This document shows positions 58,499 through 64,000 of a stretch of 64,000 bases of DNA, piece after piece. Origin of the DNA: a virus (taxonomy: Duplodnaviria > Caudoviricetes); IMG/VR virus record IMGVR_UViG_3300033121_001713, positions 1 to 64,000 of that record, one strand, 5' to 3'. Each line of letters opens with the position of its first letter. The stretch's first letter is position 1. The notes under the pieces were generated by a model that was given only the letters and a program-made list of their open reading frames with translations, did no database searches and was not told the origin of the DNA. The translations under genes were made by a program, and so were the position numbers.

Positions 58499-59134
58499 AT
58501 GAAGAATCTTCCATCGTACGATTCCTATCGGCTCCTTGAGAGCGCCGGTCCTCTTGCATCTAGCTTCAAGAGAGTTGGATTCAAGGAGATGACGCGAACT
58601 GATTTCGAAGGGTTTGGCGGTGTTCAGGAAGGAGGCCTCATATACGATGGAGGCGAGAACTTTATCGTTCTGTATGGGCTAGCAACAGACGATTCGAAGC
58701 CAGTTGTTTGCGTGATGTTCGCCTTCCACAACACCGTAGCCCAGGTGATGTATGGCAACGATCCATACGACCAGGTTGAGGCTCACATCCTCAACCAAGC
58801 CGAGCAAAAAGCTTTCATCTCCAAGCTATCCTCTTTCACAAAGGAGATGGATCGTCTCTGTGCATTACCAGCCGGGACGGAGAAGACGGATGGGATCAAG
58901 GCATGGCTTCGCAGGTTTGGCTTTCAAGTGATCAGCGGGGCTTTGGTGGAATCTCAAACTGATATGCCCGACGATTTGAGATTGTCAGCGGTGTTAGATG
59001 ATCTCACGATCGTAATGAAAGCTCTTGAGTCTAAGGATTACAAAAGCTCGGGTATGAAAAGGTTTGTTGATAAGATGCAGAACAAACTCTCTGACGTATA
59101 CAACGAGATCGAGAGATTCGAAGATAGCAAGTAA
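58499..59134 (+). CDS. Capsid-targeting-tagged two-module protein
   Basis: Start reassigned to the ATG at 58499: MKNLPSYDSYRLLES; internal LVES. Confidence 0.7.
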   Translation: MKNLPSYDSYRLLESAGPLASSFKRVGFKEMTRTDFEGFGGVQEGGLIYDGGENFIVLYGLATDDSKPVVCVMFAFHNTVAQVMYGNDPYDQVEAHILNQAEQKAFISKLSSFTKEMDRLCALPAGTEKTDGIKAWLRRFGFQVISGALVESQTDMPDDLRLSAVLDDLTIVMKALESKDYKSSGMKRFVDKMQNKLSDVYNEIERFEDSK

Positions 59135-59158
59135 AGCATTCCCACATACACCGCTGAT

Positions 59159-59186
59159 GGCCCACTCTCGTGGGCCTTTGGCTTTT
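59159..59186 (+). terminator. Terminator after the tagged-gene array
   Basis: GGCCCAC-TCTC-GTGGGCC followed by TTTGGCTTTT. Confidence 0.65.
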
Positions 59187-59206
59187 ACCCGCTTGCAAGC
59201 ATATTG

Positions 59207-59238
59207 GATCCAACCACATCAACAAAGATGTTGACAGC
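59207..59238 (+). repeat. 32-bp direct repeat, copy 1
   Basis: GATCCAACCACATCAACAAAGATGTTGACAGC; 30/32 identical to copy 2. Confidence 0.9.
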
Positions 59239-59488
59239 GGAAATGAACAAGAACGTCAAGTACTTAGACAAGGACGCGCGCATCGTGTTTCGTTTTCTGT
59301 TTCAGGCGATCGGGTACGCTCATGTTTTGGAGCGCCGCAAGCGATGGTGGATATTTGAGTGGTGGACTGTCCGCGCATGGATGTATGATGACATCATATC
59401 TGGCAAGACAAGGTTCGGTGAACTGGTCAGTTGGCTGCTTTGGAAAGAGTCGACAGACTATAACAGCTTTGATGGCTATCCAAAGTAG
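59228..59488 (+). CDS. Trp-rich small hypothetical protein inside the repeat-flanked cassette
   Basis: ATG lies within repeat 1; start uncertain (59204, 59228 or 59243). Confidence 0.45.
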   Translation: MLTAEMNKNVKYLDKDARIVFRFLFQAIGYAHVLERRKRWWIFEWWTVRAWMYDDIISGKTRFGELVSWLLWKESTDYNSFDGYPK

Positions 59489-59654
59489 ATGCCCAAAGTG
59501 TAATAACCCGCGCGGGATGCTTGCGCCTGACCTGCTTTCAGCGTGTGGGAGGACATTGTTATGTCCCATGTGGCGGACGTGTCCTTTTACCATGACACGA
59601 ATAGGTTGCTTGACCGTGCCGAAGATCACCGACATCGCTTCCAGGTCGTTACTA

Positions 59655-59686
59655 GATCCAATCCCATCAACAAAGATGTTGACAGC
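59655..59686 (+). repeat. 32-bp direct repeat, copy 2
   Basis: GATCCAATCCCATCAACAAAGATGTTGACAGC. Confidence 0.9.
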
Positions 59687-59709
59687 TGATCCGGATTCGC
59701 CGAGTTTGT

Positions 59710-59717
59710 TATTTTTG
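59710..59717 (+). promoter_or_regulatory. Bacteroidota-type -7 element TATTTTTG
   Basis: Matches TAnnTTTG; 8 nt before the topoisomerase ATG. Confidence 0.55.
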
Positions 59718-59725
59718 CGCACCGA

Positions 59726-61570
59726 ATGACACCCAAAGCACACGATTCAGAGAAGTTCCAGCTGCTCGACGAGATCGAGCACTGTCTTCTGCGGCCAGGC
59801 ATGTTCATTGGATCTCCGAAGCCACACCCTTCAACGGAATATCTGCTTCGAGACGGAAAGTTCCAGAGGACGGAGGTCCAGTTCGTCCCAGGCTTGATGA
59901 AGCTGTTCGACGAGATCATCACCAACTCCGTAGACGAGCACAAACGCACAAAGGGCAAGCTCAATCAGATCAGGATCACCGTCGATCGCTCAAGTGGAGA
60001 GATCACCATCCTCGACAACGGTGGCATCCCTGTGATCGAGCACGTCAAGCACAAGGTCATGGTGCCGGAGTTGATCTTCTCGAACCTACGAGCTGGATCC
60101 AATTTCAACGACAGCGAGAAGCGCCATGTGGCAGGTACCCACGGGTACGGCTCCACGCTCACGAACATTTTCTCCATCCGCTTCTCGGTAGACACATGTG
60201 ATGGAAAGCGCCGCTTTCGCCAGGTCTTCACCAACAACATGCGCGATCGCAAAAAAGCGGTCGTGACTGACGACTCGAGCAAAGGATACACCGAGATCTC
60301 TTTCATCCCAGACTTCAAGCGCTTCGGCATGGATGGATGGGACGACATCCACATCGAGATGATGCGCAAACGCTGCATCGATCTCGCTGCGTGTAACCTC
60401 GGCCTCCAGATCCGTTTCGACGAGGAGAAGTTCAAGTTCAACAGCTTCAAACAGTACGCCGAGCTCTACGTCGATCAGGTCTTCTTCGAGGAGGACGATC
60501 GATGGCAGATCGCCTTCGGCCATTCGACAGACGGCCACCAAGTGGTATCGTTCGCAAACTCCGCCGAGACCAAGGAAGGCGGGCGACACGTCGATTACAT
60601 CGTCTCCCAACTGGTAGACCAGATCAGGGAGATGATCCGCAAGAAGCATCGAGTTGAAGTCAAGCCCGCCGAGATCCGCAATCACATGTTCGTCGTGATG
60701 AGCGCGGTGATCGACAATCCCTCGTTCTCGTCTCAGACGAAGGAGAAGCTTGTTACAGAGACCAAGGACTTTGGCACCACGTTCGAAGTCAGTCAGAAGC
60801 TCGCCAAGCAGGTCTTTGGTTCGGAGATCATTCAGTCGATCCTCGATTGGATCCAACAGAAGCAGGATGCGGAGGAACGAGCTCAGCTTCGAAAGCTCAA
60901 CGCTGGGCTCGGAGGCGCGAGGGTCGAGCAGCTCGACGATGCTAAGGCCAAGGGTCAGAGCGAGCGACTCAAGTGTTCGCTTGGCATCTTCGAAGGGATG
61001 TCGGCGAAGAGCGCCGTCAAAAAGTTCAGAGACGCCAATTACTTTGGAGCCTTCCCTCTGCGAGGCAAGTTCATCAACGTCTCTGAGATGAGGCCATCCG
61101 AGATCATCAAGAACAAAGAGGCCGTGGATCTCATGGCTAGCATCGGACTCAAGCTAGGCGAGGTACCAGAGAACTTGCGTTATGGCAAGATCATCGTCTA
61201 CACCGATGCTGATGTCGATGGACAGTCCATCTTCTGCCTGCTTCTCAACTTCCTGGCTAAGTTCTGGCCCGAGCTCTTCGATCAAGGTCGAGTCTATCGA
61301 GCCATGACGCCGATCGTTGTAGCTACGAAGGGCAAGGACGTGAAGTACTTCTACACTCAGGAGGACTATGATCAATGGGCCAACAAGCGAGAAAGGGGAT
61401 GGGAGATCGAGTACAAGAAAGGCTTGGCGGCCCTAGAGGACTTTGATTATCAACGGATCATACAGGATCCTGTCCTCGTGAAGATCACAAGGGACGAAGC
61501 GTACAAACAGACGCTCGATGCCTGGTTTGGTAATGATTCAGAGAAACGTAAGGAAAAGATGCTTGCCTGA
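59726..61570 (+). CDS. gp39: Type IIA topoisomerase ATPase/TOPRIM subunit (gp39+gp60 fused)
   Basis: LLRPGMFIGS, EIITNSVD, DNGGIP, AGSNF, EGMSA, PLRGK, TDADVDG, YKKGL. Confidence 0.95.
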   Translation: MTPKAHDSEKFQLLDEIEHCLLRPGMFIGSPKPHPSTEYLLRDGKFQRTEVQFVPGLMKLFDEIITNSVDEHKRTKGKLNQIRITVDRSSGEITILDNGGIPVIEHVKHKVMVPELIFSNLRAGSNFNDSEKRHVAGTHGYGSTLTNIFSIRFSVDTCDGKRRFRQVFTNNMRDRKKAVVTDDSSKGYTEISFIPDFKRFGMDGWDDIHIEMMRKRCIDLAACNLGLQIRFDEEKFKFNSFKQYAELYVDQVFFEEDDRWQIAFGHSTDGHQVVSFANSAETKEGGRHVDYIVSQLVDQIREMIRKKHRVEVKPAEIRNHMFVVMSAVIDNPSFSSQTKEKLVTETKDFGTTFEVSQKLAKQVFGSEIIQSILDWIQQKQDAEERAQLRKLNAGLGGARVEQLDDAKAKGQSERLKCSLGIFEGMSAKSAVKKFRDANYFGAFPLRGKFINVSEMRPSEIIKNKEAVDLMASIGLKLGEVPENLRYGKIIVYTDADVDGQSIFCLLLNFLAKFWPELFDQGRVYRAMTPIVVATKGKDVKYFYTQEDYDQWANKRERGWEIEYKKGLAALEDFDYQRIIQDPVLVKITRDEAYKQTLDAWFGNDSEKRKEKMLA

Positions 61571-61573
61571 ACC

Positions 61574-62167
61574 ATGGTTTGTTACCGCGACATGACTTTT
61601 TGCCCATTCCATGGGGATTGTACACACGCCCCTGACTGTCATCGACCTCTTACCGAAGAAGTGATGGCAAGGGCCGCTGCGGCAAAAATGCCGATCTGCA
61701 GGTATGCCGATAAACCGAGATGCCATAGCGACAAAGATGGACAGAGTAAAGATTCTGCTCCACGCAAGCTCAATGCTAACATGACCAAGCCCTGGTACAG
61801 ATACAACAGGAATTATGGCCTGCCAGGCAGCATCGTTCTCGAAGGCACGCCAGTCGGCAAGGAAGGAAACGAGATCACGGTGGAGATGGTCATCCTGAGC
61901 AAGTTCATCTGGGGCAGGGGAGCTAGCGCAAATTCAATCTTTAACACCGGAGCGGCTACTCTCAAGTTTCAACACACTGACCCCAGTGTGAATGCTAGCC
62001 GAGCCAAGCTGGTGGCCAAGGTCTGGAGGCTTTGCAAGATCAATGGCTTCAGGATCCATGGCCTTCCCGTGAGGCGACCTTCCCAGTCATACACGGAGGA
62101 CTTGACACAGATCATCGATGCCATCTCGGCTTTCAATTCAACAGCGAATGGAAACCAGCCTGTATGA
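61574..62167 (+). CDS. Hypothetical protein with Cys-rich N-terminal domain
   Basis: MVCYRDMTFC..C...C.R; may be a fusion of two small genes. Confidence 0.55.
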   Translation: MVCYRDMTFCPFHGDCTHAPDCHRPLTEEVMARAAAAKMPICRYADKPRCHSDKDGQSKDSAPRKLNANMTKPWYRYNRNYGLPGSIVLEGTPVGKEGNEITVEMVILSKFIWGRGASANSIFNTGAATLKFQHTDPSVNASRAKLVAKVWRLCKINGFRIHGLPVRRPSQSYTEDLTQIIDAISAFNSTANGNQPV

Positions 62168-62444
62168 TCTGATCGCCGAGGAGATATCTTCAATCATAGG
62201 AAGATTCTCGTTCAATGTGGAAGATCGAAAGCCAATTCCGGCAGACATCTGTGCACAGATCGTCTCATCGCTTCAGGAGATGGATGAATTCGGGCCATGG
62301 TATCACCAGATGCCAAAGCCATGCAGGTCGGCCATCTTCTATTACATCCTCGATGGCGCTCTTCCTCGAACCACCCTTGCGAAGTGTAAGGTTGCATTCG
62401 ATAGGGCCAAAGAACGGCACTCCGGTTTCACCGAGTCCGACTAA
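62148..62444 (+). CDS. Hypothetical protein
   Basis: 98 aa from the ATG at 62148. Confidence 0.5.
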   Translation: METSLYDLIAEEISSIIGRFSFNVEDRKPIPADICAQIVSSLQEMDEFGPWYHQMPKPCRSAIFYYILDGALPRTTLAKCKVAFDRAKERHSGFTESD

Positions 62445-62449
62445 AGTGT

Positions 62450-62457
62450 TATGTTTG
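62450..62457 (+). promoter_or_regulatory. Bacteroidota-type -7 element TATGTTTG
   Basis: Matches TAnnTTTG; intergenic, before gp52. Confidence 0.5.
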
Positions 62458-62476
62458 ACCACACAATCCACATAGA

Positions 62477-63817
62477 GTGAAGGAAAGCAAGAGCATCACG
62501 GAGACCCTCGACGACGAGTACCTCGGATATGCGATGTACACGATCGAGAACAGGGCGATCCCATCCGCAATAGACGGCTTCAAGCCTACTCAGCGGAAGG
62601 TGATCCACATGGCCAGCAAGATCTGGAAGAGTGGAACAGAGAAGCCTATCAAGATCTTCCAGCTCTCTGGCAAGATGGCGGCCGAATGCGCTTACCACCA
62701 CGGCGATGGATCAGCCAGCTCGGCAGCGATCAACCTTGCACAGAAGTTCAAGAACAGCATGCCTCTGCTCGAGGAGATCGGGCAGTTCGGATCGATGCGA
62801 TCGCCTGAACCTGGCGCCGCTAGGTACATCTCCACCAGGCTCTCGGAGAACTATCGCCTCCTTTACAAGGATCAGGAGCTCACCGAACCCAAGTTCGAGG
62901 ATGGGTTGGAGATCGAGCCGAAGTTCATGCTGCCGATCGTTCCGACCGTTCTGTTGAACGGATCCTCAGGCATCGCAGTCGGTTTCGCCACGAACATCCT
63001 CAATCGAGATCCAAAGGTCCTCATCGAGAGCTGCCTCTCGGTCTTGAATGGAAAGAAGTTCATCGATCCTTTACCTTGGTGGAAGGATTGGAATGGCATC
63101 GTGACCAAGACCGGTCCCAGCTCTTTCCAAGTCTCTGGCACCTGGCGCCAGCTCGACACGAGCACGATCGAGATCACCGAGCTGCCTCCATCCATGACTT
63201 TCAGCAAGTTCGACGACCTGCTCGAACAGCTGATCGAGAAAGGAGTCATCAAGTCCTATGAGGACAACTGCGGAAAGCAGATCTCTTACAAGATCAAGCT
63301 TGCGAGGGAGATCTTGCGAAACCTCATGACTCAGGGCAAGGTTGAGTCTACATTCAGGCTGGTCACTAACGAGAGCGAGAACCTGACCTGCCTCGACCAA
63401 CACGGAAAGCTTCGAGAGTTCGAGACCGCCGAGGAGATCGTGCGCTTCTTCGTCGACTTCAGGCTCGGCTATTACAGCAAGCGAAAGGACCTCCTGATCT
63501 CGAAACTTTCGGCTCGACTCGCCTACCTGAATAACCGGGCACGGTTCATCAAGTCGATCATGGATGGCCAGCTCAAAGTCAACAGGAGGCCTAAGGCTGA
63601 CATCCTCGAAGACATCGTCAAGCTTCGCTTCGACAAGCACAACGATGGATACGGCTATCTGTTAGACATGCCGATCCATTCCTTCACGAAGGAGACCTAC
63701 GAGTCCCTGATCAAAGAGGCCAATGAGACTACGGCCGAGCTCGAAACGGTGAAAGCGACCGAGCCCATCGACATGTACAGGACTGATCTCAAGCAGCTCC
63801 TGAAGTCGCTGAATTGA
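62477..63817 (+). CDS. gp52: Type IIA topoisomerase breakage-reunion subunit (gp52)
   Basis: RAIPSAIDGFKPTQRK, YHHGD, GQFG, AARYI, LLNGSSGIAVGFAT, ITELP. Confidence 0.95.
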   Translation: MKESKSITETLDDEYLGYAMYTIENRAIPSAIDGFKPTQRKVIHMASKIWKSGTEKPIKIFQLSGKMAAECAYHHGDGSASSAAINLAQKFKNSMPLLEEIGQFGSMRSPEPGAARYISTRLSENYRLLYKDQELTEPKFEDGLEIEPKFMLPIVPTVLLNGSSGIAVGFATNILNRDPKVLIESCLSVLNGKKFIDPLPWWKDWNGIVTKTGPSSFQVSGTWRQLDTSTIEITELPPSMTFSKFDDLLEQLIEKGVIKSYEDNCGKQISYKIKLAREILRNLMTQGKVESTFRLVTNESENLTCLDQHGKLREFETAEEIVRFFVDFRLGYYSKRKDLLISKLSARLAYLNNRARFIKSIMDGQLKVNRRPKADILEDIVKLRFDKHNDGYGYLLDMPIHSFTKETYESLIKEANETTAELETVKATEPIDMYRTDLKQLLKSLN

Positions 63818-63877
63818 TCCAGGACCACTCGAATAGTTCGTCTGATATTCTACTCAGGCGACGGGCATAGGATCCAC

Positions 63878-64000
63878 GTGGTAATCATTCTGCTGAATCT
63901 AGCCCTACCGATCATCTTGACTCTCGTTGTGTTCAGAGCAATGGAGGCGTCGATGAATGACACTAACTTCTGGACAGGTAAACCGAACAAGAAGAAATGA
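63878..64000 (+). CDS. Small single-TM protein (40 aa, not in ORF track)
   Basis: GTG start gives MVIILLNLALPIILTLVVFRAMEA...KKK; CATAGGA 5 nt upstream. Confidence 0.4.
   Translation: MVIILLNLALPIILTLVVFRAMEASMNDTNFWTGKPNKKK

Noticed and set aside
59231-59236. TTGACA as a sigma70 -35 box
   Set aside because: No TATAAT-like -10 at canonical spacing after either repeat copy; it is part of the palindrome
59207-59686. CRISPR array
   Set aside because: Only two repeats with a ~416-bp interval; no cas genes
1-64000. Stop-codon reassignment
   Set aside because: Core genes are full length in the standard code, and TAA, TAG and TGA all occur at plausible gene ends

Overview
This is a 64-kb segment of a large T4-related (jumbo-type) myophage genome, almost entirely coded on the + strand and read with the standard genetic code. 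Replication and recombination genes: SSB, primase, UvsY, UvsW, UvsX, gp41 helicase, gp46/47, clamp, clamp loader, RNase H, a family-B DNA polymerase split into two genes 5 kb apart, class II RNR, dUTPase and topoisomerase II. Late and virion genes: gp55-like sigma, gp15, gp4, gp2, portal, a protease-scaffold fusion, major capsid, neck, terminase, sheath and tube. Two GIY-YIG homing endonucleases are also present. TAnnTTTG promoter elements and the lack of Shine-Dalgarno motifs suggest a Bacteroidota host (inference). Main unexplained signals: (1) a dispersed family of unrelated ORFs sharing an N-terminal tag like the T4 capsid-targeting sequence, several built as mosaic polyproteins punctuated by hydrophobic-x-E-[S/A] prohead-protease-type sites; (2) three short promoter-like motifs (RATASATA, CATAGAR, TAnnTTTG) often 3-8 nt from start codons, implying leaderless mRNAs; (3) a RimK-RimB-type fusion; (4) a late TM-coiled-coil-PAS protein with a hairpin-gated start; (5) a 0.45-kb cassette flanked by 32-bp direct repeats. 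All family assignments come from motif recognition by eye, not database searches.
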